64,000 bases of DNA, taken from positions 206,770,001 through 206,834,000 of the forward strand of contig NC_088793.1 of the NCBI RefSeq assembly GCF_011386835.1. The letters run 5' to 3'. The stretch is from Chrysemys picta bellii (lineage: Eukaryota). The notes beneath the pieces are model-generated. The model searched no databases. It was not told the DNA's origin and was given only the letters and a program-made list of their open reading frames with translations. The position numbers and the translations under genes are program-made. Of this stretch, positions 47,357 to 59,302 are shown piece after piece (within the stretch, counting starts at the first letter, position 1; the number at the start of each line of letters is the position of its first letter).

Positions 47357-50300
47357 CTCCTGGAGCAATCAACACCAGGGCTGCATCAGCCCCCGGCCCA
47401 GCCCACCAGCGCAAAGGTGGCCACCCCGCAGACCTGGGGCTGCTCTTGGAGCACCACACACCCCCTACTCCTCATTGCTGAAAGGGAGACAGTCGCCATG
47501 GCAGTGGGGTGTGGGCCTGGCTCCCTCTCACTTCTTCAGAAAACCCTAGTGACTGGCTGCTGCTTGCAGGGTCCTATCAGCTGAGCAGGAAAAAAATCCT
47601 CCAGCCATATTTTCTACAACCGTTCTCAGTGAGCCCCCCACTGCTGCCACCCCTGAAAGTTAAGTACAGCAAACAGCAACCCTGCCCTGCAACCCTCAGC
47701 CTTGCTCAGTAGCCCAGGAGGTTCCCCTCGACTCACTGTGATTTTTGTTTCAAATGCTACACAGCGACCACTAAGACCAGGTCTAAACTAAAAAGTAAAA
47801 TCAACCCACCTATGGTGCTCAGGGGTGCGAAAAATCCATCCCCTTGAGCAAAATAGTTAAACCAACCTAATCCCCAGGATAGACAGTGCTAGATCAACGG
47901 AAGAATCCTTCCCTTGACCGAGCTACCACCACAGGGGCGGGGAGGAGGGGAGAATGTTTGTCCAGACAGAACACAGCCTTTCCCTACGAACCAAACTTTC
48001 CATTATCAGCTGGTCAGTACTTGGTCCCATGTGGCGTTGCGAGAGGGAAAACGTACTCGTCCATAGGAAACTGCTGTTCTGCTCATTCTTCTCCATCCTC
48101 CGTTCCTGTTACGTTCAGTTTTCCCTGCTTTTGGGAGTCTCCTTGGTTCTGCTGCATTTCCTTCCCTCCAGCAACTCCCAACCCCTCTCCTGTCTGCTTC
48201 TAGGCTATTCACGCTTGCACAAGGACCCTCCAACTAGGGAAAGGAGTGTTAAACATGCCATCTGCTAACATGAGAATCCATATACTTTGACTGCACTCAA
48301 TGTTCTTATACCCAGTCCAACTGAATGCAGAGACCAATGGTGCTTTCCACTCAGTATGTGCTGCATGAGGGACATGCTGGCAAATCACACGGCCAAATCC
48401 AACTCTTCTCATCAGAAGGTAGGAAGACATCTATGAACCAGGGTCCTAGGGCCCTGCTGCATGTCTAATTTCCACCATCACTCACTGAGACACTGGAGTT
48501 TAAAATAAAATAAAATAAAAAAAAAAACAAGCCTGAGAAATGAAATGTTTCACTTTCCATTCTTGGAAGTGGCTCAGCAGTTCTGGGTGGAACGTTCAGA
48601 AATAAAGCTGCTCCCTGCCCCATAGCAAGCAGCAGAAAGTGAAAAGGCAGAAAATGAAACTGCCAGGAGTTGCTCTTGCCCCAGCTCAGTCGCCCAGACC
48701 AGTTTCTCCAGTCACCAGCCTGGAAAGCTCCTTGTCAATTTCGTTCTCTGCCTTCCAGGCAGCCAGTCCCATCAGCTGAACAATTGTTTGGGTTCTTCTG
48801 GAATGGATTTTTTCCAGAACTCCCTTCCAGTGAAAAATGCCAGGATTTGGCTTTTTGTCCCAATTTAGGACTTTTCTCCAAAAATAACATTTCCCATGGG
48901 AAGGGATTTCCATTTCTTGGCCACCTGTAGCGAGGTGTGAAGCGCACACGGGTTACTCCCCTGAGATATAGATTAGGGGGAGAGCTGGTAAACTTTGCTT
49001 TTCCCCTTTAATTTGCCATACTTTGTGTTTACAGCTTTCTGCCAACTCAGACTTGCACTTCAGTGAGTCCCATTCTTGGGACTTTTGGAAGCTTCTGTTT
49101 GCACATATCTCCCAGTCGTCCAATTCACATTAAACATTCTTCATTGCGTTGCATGAGGGGAAGTTTTAGCAAGTATTCCACACTGACCCCACAATCAATT
49201 TGCTAGATCAGTGTCAATTCATACACCCAACAGGAGACTAGGAGTCAGGTTCCTATACACAATGCTACTGTCCACACATCTAGAAAGAAGGGGTTTGACT
49301 GCAGAAATGCAGAGGATTCTGGGTTACACCACAGCACCTCCTCATCCCCACAATTCAGAGTAGGTGCCCATTTCTGACCTGAAGTTCAGACCTTTGTTCT
49401 CTTGGCATCACAACTGCAGCTGCCTAATGTTTGAGATAAACATGGGATTAAGGTTAAATTCCAGCTGGGAAGAGAGAGAGGTGAGATGGGTTAATATACT
49501 TAGAAAACAGGACAAAACAAACCATTAACAGACTTGGAGTTTATTTAAAAATAAACGCAAATAGCACACAAGAGTGAATTCAGGTTGAAACTGTGTGACC
49601 ATTAACCAGATTCACATAGGCCACTCTCTACACCACCACAAGAGAGCTGGCTATGGAGCCAAAAGGGCCCTAGACATTTAAGATACAACTGCTCATCCAA
49701 AATGTAGGAAGACAGGGGACGAAAAATGAGAGGTTAATAGGAGCACCATAGGGAAGGGCTATCAGCTACTGCTCTATCACCACTGGCTGGGTTCTGTAAT
49801 CCAGCCTAGGATGGTACCATCACCCACGAGCCTGTTGAGAACAGTGAGGTGCTGAGTCAAACTGCAAACAGGGCCTGACTGTCCTGTGTTGGGTCGGGCA
49901 TAAAAAGAGCCCCTGCACCCTCCCTGCCCTGTGCATGCACCAGCTCGCTGCCATGCCCACCTATGGAAACCCTGCAGCCTCTCTGAGCCATCTCAACGCT
50001 GCTGCCAGGTAACAGACAGATTTGGGTCTCTGTCAGAGACAGGTTCCCTCTGTCCAGCACAGGGGTTTGTACAGCTTGGGGTTCAGGCTGAAGGCAGCTG
50101 GATGCTATCTCGGCATCGTTCCCAGGGCAGGCCCAGTTTGCTGCAGTGCTCTTGATAAGGAGTCTTAAGATTCCCGTTCATTTGAGAAACTCTCCCGTGC
50201 TCCTATTCCAGACGTCTGCAGGCAATCTCTGGGCGTCTCAATGGCTGCAATCACTCTGGCTTGGACCTGGGCTTTGTCTCCCCCCTCGGTGTTTATGGTC

Positions 50301-53300
50301 ATCGAGCTGCACCTGGCAAGGGCCTGCCCTAGTTGCATCACACTTACTGGCACAAACCCTTACAGAAAGGCTTCGGCTGCAAATACGCAAACAGCTACGT
50401 GGCAGCAGAGCAGAACTGATCACCCCGCTAAGCAACAGTCAGGGAGTACCCTGGACAGCTGTTGTATCTTGGCCAAAGCAGCAAACACTGCAAAGCACTA
50501 GGGGAATCAAACACAATGTGCAAACAAACCCCAGGAGCCTCACCTTGGGCTCAGCAACCCCACCTGGAACTGGGCTCAAGGCCAGACAAGCACCTAGACC
50601 ACAGGGGTGAGAGGCATGGATCAAAACCAAAGCAACAAGCCAGGCTCTGTGGAGTCTCTAGTTAGGATTTTCCAGCAGCAGCTTTACTGGAGGATTGTAT
50701 CTACTGAAGGCCCACAGAGCATTGTCTTGTGATCTCTCTGCGCGGGTGCTGCACTTCGCGGTCTCACATTGCCACGGAGTGGGGGAAGAGCTGGGAAGTG
50801 TAGAGGGAAGGGTTGCATTGCAGCATCTCACAGCTGTGCATGTGCTAGGGCCTGGGGGTCTGTATGGCATACCCAGCCCCTCTCGCTGCGCTGGGGAATG
50901 GTGCTGGTGATCTGGGAGGTGCGCCTGTCTCCAAGGAGCCCTTTATGCTCAGGACAGCTTCCAGGGGGGTTAGGAGCCCTCATGTTGACAGCCCGCTGGC
51001 ATTTTTAACACTGTCACATAATGCCCCATCTAAGCCTGCTCAGAAAGTCTAATCAATGCCACTGGCAGTCTTTAGCCCATCTCCAGGAGGGCTCTAGCCT
51101 CTGCTAGCACTACCAGAGCTGAAGTCAGTGATGGAAGCGTCTAGTGTAGGCAAGGGAGGGGCAGCCCTAATAGGTGCTGTGCCGCTGGGGTAGCGGCTGT
51201 CCCAGTAGATGAAAAGTGGAGGTTGTGGATTGCAGAGCTCATTACTACCTGAAAAGGGCCAGTAGAACTTTGCCAGTTAGCCCCTCTGTGCTAGCCAAAT
51301 TGTACCTGCAGTGATCCTCTAAGGCACCTGGGAGGGGGGTACATTCTGCGGCCCTGGCAGGTTTGGGGGCATGCTCTGCCAGCCTGTAGGCATGTGCTGT
51401 TACGCAATGCTGCATTATGTACAGGAGGTATTTCTGGGGTGGGGAGTGAAACAACTGCTTGGCTCAGACACCACGGCGATGGGCAAATTAGAAATGCCCA
51501 GAGAGGAATACGGGAAAGAGCTCTGGAAAGTCCTTCAGGATGAAATGCAGAGAGCAAGATCCCTGAATGTGCCAGCCCTACTGTACAACCCTCCCCCACT
51601 CTCCAGCAAGTTGTCTAGCCCAGCACAGGCTTCAGCGTGAATTTCACCCTCTCCAAAAGTGACCCTAACCCCACCCTAACATTAAAGCTGAGAACTTAAA
51701 ATGCACCAGAGTCAAGAGAGTCAAACGCTAAGATCCTGAGCCCATGGAGCTGGCTCCAGGAGGATGTCATGTGATATGGCAACAAACTGGGCAGTGTAAT
51801 TACAGCTTGCAGGAGCGGTGTGTTTCAGAGCAGGGGGTTTCTGGAAAAAGACACAGTGGGCACCTCAAGAGAAGCCCAAAAACAGAGGGAATGTGGGAAA
51901 AACAAGACTCCTCACTTTCTCAGCAATCCCCCATTTTAAACAGCAGTACAAGTCTGCCAGTGTTTGGTACAGATACGTCGGGCGGGGATAAAACTCAGAC
52001 AAGGAGGAGGCGGTAAGAAGAGAAGATGCAGAGTAACAGGAAAAGGTTCCTAATAGTGAGATATGAGGATCAAGGGAAGCGGTGGCAGCTCCATTGTACA
52101 GAAATCCTGCCATGGTGCTTGGGGCGTGAGCCCATCTTGGCCTCTCTCGCTTCTCTTCAGGGAGAAGAGGGAGAAGCCATTCACCTCACAGGGAAGAGGG
52201 AAACCTGGAGTGCAGCTGGTTCAGAGAGCCCCTGGAAGTGGCAGCATTTCTCTGGGTCTGGATTGATTTGCTGCAGCGTGGCAGGAACTGGCCAAGAGGA
52301 GAGGTAGCCAGTCTGCATTGGAAGTCAAGGGAGAAGCAGATGCCTAGCTGGGAGCCTCAATTGCCATTTAGGGTTTGTAATAAGGCGAGCTCTGTTCTGA
52401 ACTGAATTTGTTCCTCTATAAGGAAGCAGAGGCGGATGGTGCCTTCGAACCATAATGAATACAGGAAGTCTCCCCTGCCCCTCCAGAGCTTGTCCCCTTC
52501 CCCGTGCAAGGTGCTGGCCGGGGGGCATGTTCTGCAGCTGCAGAAGGGAATCCCACCCGGTGGTGTGTGTTCGCTTGCTATTACAAACGCTGCAGAGCAC
52601 TTCTCCTTGAGCAGCAGCTGCCTGTTTCCCATTGTTACTTTACAATCTCCATTGCATCATCCTTCAACATCCCCAAACGCACCCCCAGAAGCCTCCACTC
52701 CCCCCGTTAGCTTCAGAGCAGAATGATTTCCTGCCTGGCAATTACAAAGCAACGCACCAAGACCGGCCCTTCATTTGGGTCCTGCCCAGTGCCTCACAAC
52801 TGTGGCTATGGGGAGGCAGCTGGGCTTCTGCCCTGCTCAAAGCATGGAGCGCCTCTCCTGAATGCACAGTGGCCCGTTACCCCACCGGCACATTGCAACC
52901 CAGCAGCAGCTCTGAGCAGGAGACGTGTTCGTGCTGAGAAGCAGACGCCAATGTCTAGCAGTAGCTGTGAGCCCGCACAGGTGAAGAGGCCAATCCTACA
53001 TCAGGAGTGGGTCAAGGGGAAGCTACGCTATTTGTCAAGAGAAAAATAAGGGGAAGGGAGGACTGTGTGGGGAAGAGAGAAGGACAAAGCTGATCAGAGG
53101 ATAACCTTCCAGAAGAGAGGGCTGGTAGCCATGAGGCTCTCAGCTGCTCCAGGCCAGTTTCGCTAACTAGAATGCCAAGTCCCTTGCTTTGGGTAAGGGA
53201 TTCCAGAGTACAGTTATAGTAACTGCTGGAGTTGCCATAGAACGAAACTGAAAGGACAAAAGCTCTTGTCACACCAGATATTCTCATTCATTCCTCCCCG

Positions 53301-54137
53301 TCGCCCGTGCCCAGTCGCACCGACCCACCCCCACGCCCGCTGCCGTCACTCAATTGCATTACAGGATTACTCCACAGCAGGAAGTGGTGTAAAGTGGCCT
53401 TGCTTAAAAAGAATTCTAAGCTTAGTTCCAAGTGTGCCTTTGGGGCTGCGTTTAAGTGGCAGGGCCAACCCCCCACATTCAGAACCCAGGGGCTAGCCCC
53501 CAACTATCCCCACAAGAAGATTAAAAACCACCACACATTTGGAGTTTTCAGGTCACACTGGTGACACTTTCAAGCTGTCCCCTGCAGCCACGAGGGCTAG
53601 AAACAGCTTCATTCTAAAGCTGAGATTCTCACATAACCCCATGACGCCAGGAGCCGAGGTTTTAAAGAAAACACCAAATACCACGAGACCTGTGATACAG
53701 TGGCAAGAATGGGCAGTGCTGGTGCCTGGAGTATGGTGCCCTGCCCGGGGGAGGGAACCAACAGTCGCTCACTAGCCTGAAAAACAGGGTCAGACCAATG
53801 AGTCTCTCACTACCTGGGAATATTCCATGACACGTGATCGAGCTGGTGGGACCCAAGAGCACTCAGAAACATACCTACTTCTAGCAGAACAGCTCTCTCG
53901 GTGAGCTGCAGTGCCGAGATCACAGGTCAGCCTGGCTGGACTGGACCAGACTTAACTCCACTCCCAGGCTGGGGTCCCCACGTGCTTTGATGAGCGGTAA
54001 GAGCTGATGGGAGGCTCCTGGGCACATGCAAGAGGGACTAAGACGGCTTTCGAAGTTAGCTGGGTGCCCCTGCAGGCCATAGTGGGTCCTGCTCCTGCAC
54101 CCCACAGGGAGGGTGTTAATATCTACTGGCACTTTAA

Positions 54138-54401
54138 GGGCTGGTCCACACTAACCCCCCACTTCGAACTAAGATACGCAACTTCAGCTACGTTATTCAT
54201 GTAGCTGAAGTCAAACTATTAGTTCGAACTTACCGCGGGTCCACACGTGGCAGGCAGGCTCCCCCATCGACTCCGCGTACTCCTCTCGCGGAGCAGGAGT
54301 ACCAGCGTCGACGGCGAGCACTTCCGGGATCGATTTATCGCGTCTAGACAAGACGCAATAAATCGATCCCAGAAGATCGATTGCTTAGTATAGACGTACC
54401 C
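54138..54401. mobile_element. PIF/Harbinger-type MITE
   Basis: Imperfect TIRs gggctggtccacacta / tagtatagacgtaccc, TAA and TTA flanks (TWA target) and internal palindromes. Confidence 0.7.
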
Positions 54402-55001
54402 TTAGAGAAACCGCCAACAGGTAGCAAAGAACTGCATAAAATACAAGGGAGCCCCTCCTTGCAAAGCCAGGAGCTGCTGCCCATGGTGCAGATGGGGGAA
54501 TGAAAGCTAGATCAAATGGAACAGGACGTCAACAGGGGGGTGAAGGCCCCTCTTTGCAGTAACAGCAGGAACCACAGGCTTCCAGGAAGCTGGAATGGGC
54601 GCTCCTGAATGGAATGGTCCTACGGGAGAGGGGTGGGCAGCAAGCTTGCAGAGCGGGAGGATAACTCATTGTGGGACCCCAGCACCACTTCCAGACCCCC
54701 TCATCAATACAATCAAGCTGGGCACGAGGCGGCAGGGAGAAGAGCAGAGGGTGGAAGGTCTCTCCCGCTAAAGGCAGGATCTGTATTGTCTAGGAAGTAT
54801 TAAGAGGAGTTTAACAAGCTCCACATACTCAGGAGGCATCTCCTGTCCGGCCCAGCTGCCCTGCGTGTGCAGGGGTCTCTGCCAGCGGCTGGTACTCCAC
54901 ATCTGTGATCCACGTGGTACCGCAGCTCACGGTAATGCTGACTAGCTACGGCGAGATCTCCACCCAGCCGCCCTTGGAGCAATAAATTAGAAGAGTTCTA
55001 A

Positions 55002-55007
55002 TTTATT
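55002..55007 (-). terminator. CNPY3 proximal poly(A) signal
   Basis: First minus-strand AATAAA, about 140 nt after the CNPY3 stop, inside a perfect inverted repeat. Confidence 0.6.
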
Positions 55008-55145
55008 TCCCTTCAGAAATAAGGGGTCACCGTCTTGGGAGACAACTGGCTGTTGCAATGCCCAGAGCGCATCCAATATCCCACGTGTCCAGAGCATTCG
55101 CTGTCCCTACCATGGGGTGCAAATCGGTGTGCAGCGTCCGAGAGA

Positions 55146-55384
55146 CTACAGCTCGTCAGCTGGGCTGTGCGCAAGGGGAGCCTTCGGCTGGATATCCCCC
55201 TCCTCCTCAGGGCTCCCTTCAGCACTTGGGTCCCGGTGGCTTTTTGCTTCCTCAACCTTCTCCTTCTTGTTTTTCTTTTTCCTCTCTGCTGGTTTCTTGT
55301 TCTTGCCACCCTTTTTCTTTGTCTTCTTCTCCCCCGTGGTCGCTACATCTCCCTTCTTGCTGGCCCATTGCTCTTCCAGGCAGC
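55146..55384 (-). CDS. CNPY3: CNPY3 exon 6 (Lys-rich tail ending ADEL)
   Basis: CLEEQW...Lys-rich...PKAPLAHSPADEL*, with a KDEL-like ER-retrieval end. Joined CDS is 816 nt. Confidence 0.96.
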
Positions 55385-55587
55385 CTGTAGGAATGACATA
55401 ATGGAGAAAAGGGAGGAGTGAGTCTGTCAGGTTTCCTCTCCCCACCCTGTGCCCCCTTCCTGCTCACAGAGAGTGTTTTAATGCTCTTCGGACTCCCCTG
55501 CTGCACCCATCACCCTGGCACTAGAGCATGCATGCTGCCTCTGCTTGGAGGCCAATGCCCCCTTGTATTTGCTGAAGTGAAACTCAC

Positions 55588-55705
55588 TTGTGTCTTTCCC
55601 TTTCAGCACATGGTTCGCACAGAGAAACTGAGCCAGGTCTTCCTTCTGGTGATGCCTGTACCAGTCCTCGATCACATCTTCGAATTCCTCCACCAGCACA
55701 TCACA
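55588..55705 (-). CDS. CNPY3: CNPY3 exon 5
   Basis: [39 protein letters not shown]. 118 nt. Confidence 0.97.
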
Positions 55706-56003
55706 CTAGTGCAGACAGAAAGCACAGTCCAGCACCAGGAGACCTTCCTACTAACCCCACTCCCTGGGCCCCTCACAACGTGGGGAGCAAGCGCAGCTCC
55801 AGGACGAGCTTCCCAAAGAGGGACCGCTCATACGCTGCGGTGAACTCTTGGAGTACGACACCCCCACCCAGCCTGAGCCCATCTTCCAAGATCTCCCCCG
55901 GCCCAGCAGAAAGAGTCCTAGACACTGCAGGACAGGCCTCCCAGCCATTACTGCACTCCGCGCTAGCGCCCCCAGTGACACTGTGCTACCGTGTGGACAG
56001 TAC

Positions 56004-56126
56004 CTGCTTCTTGAGGTCAGCCACTTCAGCAGAAGTCTCGTTCCACAGCTCATAGGGGATGTCCATCACCACTTTCACCCCCTTATGCACCAGGTTGTGC
56101 AGGGTTTCAAACGTCTCCGACATTCC
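56004..56126 (-). CDS. CNPY3: CNPY3 exon 4
   Basis: [41 protein letters not shown]. 123 nt. Confidence 0.97.
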
Positions 56127-56479
56127 CTAAGGAGACACAGTAACCTGAGTGCCCCACCTTCAGGGACGGGCAGAATCCCAGCTCCACCCACATGACGCTT
56201 GCGCCACCCACCAGGAACTCAGGGAGAGAGGAGAACTCACACGCAGCTCCCCTACGTGGGAGCCAGCTCAGAGCCCTGCAGAAGAGGGGGTGCAGCACCA
56301 GCACCCACACCAGGAGTCGTTGGACCAGTGCAGCATGAAGGGAGAAGCCTCAGGGGCAAGTGGCTGAGCAGCCTGTCCACTTCTCAGGAGGGTGTGAAAG
56401 CCTGGGCCTTATCTGCTACCTGCCCTCCTCTGTACGGCACCCAGCAGCTCCAGCTGGACTAGGACCCTAACACGCTTGC

Positions 56480-57180
56480 TGCTTGACAGACATGAAGAAC
56501 ATGCCACTGAAGATGACCAGCCTGAGGAGGAGGGCAGGGGAGAAGGCTATCACACTTATTTGAAGTGTGTGCTTCCATGACTGAATGAGCACGGACTTTC
56601 CTCATCTGCCCCCAAGGCGGCTAACGTAGTGGCTGATTCCTTGTCAGCGTCCTGGTTCTAGATGCAGGAGGAGAGCGCAGTAGCTGTCTGGTTCAGTTTG
56701 GGGAGGACGTTCCATACATGAGGAGCAGACAAGCCGGAGGAAGAGGCTGCATTCCTGGTGAAGGGGGAGGGGATATAAGAGGGGAGGGGCAGAGCTGGAG
56801 AGAGCCTAAAAGGTCAAGCAGCTTGCTATTGGTGTGGAGTCAGGGGAGCGACTCATAGGAGGGTGATAATGTGAGCGATGGCCAGGGAAGATGGTCCTAG
56901 CAGCCCTCTTTCAAATGGCTGGTGCAATATGGGTAGCAAGGAGGATGCAGTCCTTGGCAGCCCATGAGGAGTCTTGGCTGTCTGAACAGGCAGAAAAGGC
57001 TGGATTCCAGCAGCGTTCCAGAGGAAGCAGTGGCAGGAATCAGACGTGGCCTGGATGTGAGCCGAGAGGGGATCGCTAAAGGGACAGGCCTGACTGTAAA
57101 AGGATAAAGTCACCGTGGGGTACAGCAGTACCACACAGTCCTTTGGAAAGGGAAGCCTTGCTTCCCCATTGCTAAAGCCC
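56480..57180 (-). mobile_element. Old L2-like LINE fragment
   Basis: LSAHIQATSDSCHCFLWNAAGIQPFLPVQTAKT resembles the L2 ORF2 C-terminus. Weaker L2-like relics at about 1-900, 3600-3900 and 27400-27690. Confidence 0.45.
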
Positions 57181-57888
57181 CAGCTCATTCTCTGGGCTGA
57201 TGTAGTCTCTACAGAACCCTACCTCTTCCATCACAGGCATGGCCCCTGGGCCCAGCCCTGAGACTGCACGAAGTGCCTTTGGAAAAGGCAAACCCAACCA
57301 AACCCAAACAGTTCTCTGGGACACACTGCCCCCTTGTGCATAGGCCTTGCAAGATTCAGGGTTTCACAGCTTTCTCTGCCACACTGATAGCAGATCACAC
57401 TGCTTCCCTCGAAACCCTGGCAGGTGCAAAGCCACAACGCAAACAGACACGGGACAGTCCAGAGGATGGGACTATCCTTAGCTTTAACATTACTGGAGTG
57501 GCGCGTTAACTTGGGCTGCTAGCGATCTCGACCTACACTTTTACAATGGAATTGTTAATCGGCACCTGACCCCAAACCAGAGGTGGGAGAAGCCACTCAG
57601 TACACACCTTCCTGAGCACCCCCCACTCCAGCCATGAGAATAGGTCTGCTACACCTCCCCACCAGGCCTCTTGGCTGCATGCCACCCACCAGCAGGGCCA
57701 TGGAGAGGTGGTTACACTAGCAAGTTGAGGGAGGGAGAGAACAGAGCAGCTTCCATTAGAAGCTAATTCTATACCTGGGAAGTCTGTTTCGCAGATGCAG
57801 ACCAAGGACACAAACATGGATGCTCTCGGCAAGGCCTAGGGGTGTCTGATTAAAGCTCCAGTGAGAGGGAACAAGCAATGGTACAAAC

Positions 57889-57985
57889 CTTTGCAAACCG
57901 GTTACTGCCAGTTCTCTCTTTGTGCAGGTTATAGTCCAACAGTCTCTTGCAGATGGTCTCTGTCACCTCGATCAGTCGGATATCC
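57889..57985 (-). CDS. CNPY3: CNPY3 exon 3
   Basis: [32 protein letters not shown]. 97 nt. Confidence 0.96.
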
Positions 57986-58878
57986 CTGCGCCGAGGAAAA
58001 GTTGGTGAAACGGGGAAGGATTTAGTACCGCTCCCCAAGAAAGGCTACAGTCCATTAACAGGGCTACAAAAATTCTAGCTTGAGGACTAAGACCACTGGC
58101 TAGAGATGGACACAAGATGAGGGGGCTGGGGAAGTGGCTAGTCTCTGCAGCTTGCTGGTCCTGGGCCGGCTTAAAGGCTCCACTTTCCAGAAGGTATCGG
58201 CCTCTTGATGGCAAGTGCCTAATCAACTGGAACTCCACTGCCTGCCTGCAAACCCTCCTCCCTCCAAGTGCCAATGGGAAAAAGATCCCTCTTCTTACCG
58301 CCACAGCCCCTGGCTACTGTAAAGGGGTGGGGGCTCCACCCCTGTGCCGCCCCTACCTCCATCTAGCTATTGAAAGAGGGACGATCTCCTCCATCACAGC
58401 TTCCTGGCAACCTCACTCCTCTCCCAGAGACTCCTGGCTACTGCAAGGGAGGTGTGGGGAGAAGAGGTCTCTGCTGCATAACCCCCATCACCACCTTCAT
58501 TTTCTGGTCCTTATCCCATGTTGCTAGCGTCAGAGCCAGCCTCTGCTCCTGCCCAGAGCTTTGCCAAGCAGCAGCAGAATGGAACTAACATTAGAAGGTG
58601 CATTTTTGCCCTCAAAGGTCTGAATAGTAGCTGTGAAACCACTAGTGTCTCGTCCACTGCACAGGAAAACTCTGAGCAACTGACTGGAGCTGCCTGCTGT
58701 AGACTCAGGCAATTCATGTTTGGCAGATCTTTGCAATCTTGAGGGCTCAAAACATAATGTACAGCCCCAATCTTATACCCTAGGTACCAGACACATATTA
58801 AAGGGCCCCCATCAACTTACAATATCTCACTGGTGCCTGAAGTTGTTTACCCACTATTGTTACCGGTAACACTTATAA

Positions 58879-59029
58879 ACTCAATATATGTTCCATTCTA
58901 TATGCATCCGAAGAAGTGGGCTGTAGTCCACGAAAGCTTATGCTCTAATAAATTTGTTAGTCTCTAAGGTGCCACAAGTACTCCTGTTCTTTTTGCGCAT
59001 ACAGACTAACACGGCTGCTACGCTGAAAC
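58879..59029 (+). mobile_element. Short Penelope-like terminal fragment
   Basis: Nearly identical to the reverse complement of 14314-14442 and ends ...cacggctgctacgctgaaac. Possible TSD acttataa at 58871-58878 and 59028-59035. Confidence 0.8.
58904..58943 (+). ncRNA. Minimal hammerhead-ribozyme-like motif (identical to 14403-14442 minus)
   Basis: GCAU-CCGAAGAA-GUGGGC-UGUA-GUCCAC-GAAA-GCUU-AUGC. Confidence 0.6.
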
Positions 59030-59132
59030 TTATAACCAGGGCAAATGAAAAAAGTGTGTTTACTTTGTGTGCAATACACACCATGTGTACACAGCAACCT
59101 TATATTTAAAAAAGTATGGAGATATACCTCTC

Positions 59133-59302
59133 TCATAGAACTGGAAGGGACCCTGAAAGATCATCGAGTCCAACCCCCTGCCTTCCCTAGCAGGACCAAG
59201 TACTGATTTTGCCCCAGATCCCTAAGTGGCCCCCTCAAGGATTGAGCTCACAACCCTGGGTTTATCAGGCCAATGCTCAAACCACTGAGCTATCCCTCCC
59301 CC
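59133..59302 (-). mobile_element. tRNA-derived polIII/SINE (turtle type)
   Basis: Reverse complement of the 7952 family: tRNA-like head at the 59302 end and CR1-like tail ...cccttccagttctatg at the 59133 end. Confidence 0.87.

Noticed and set aside
47400-54900. Short ORFs between GNMT and CNPY3 (e.g. 51371-51640)
   Set aside because: No recognisable homology and no consistent exon chain. Treated as intergenic or 3' UTR sequence with repeats.
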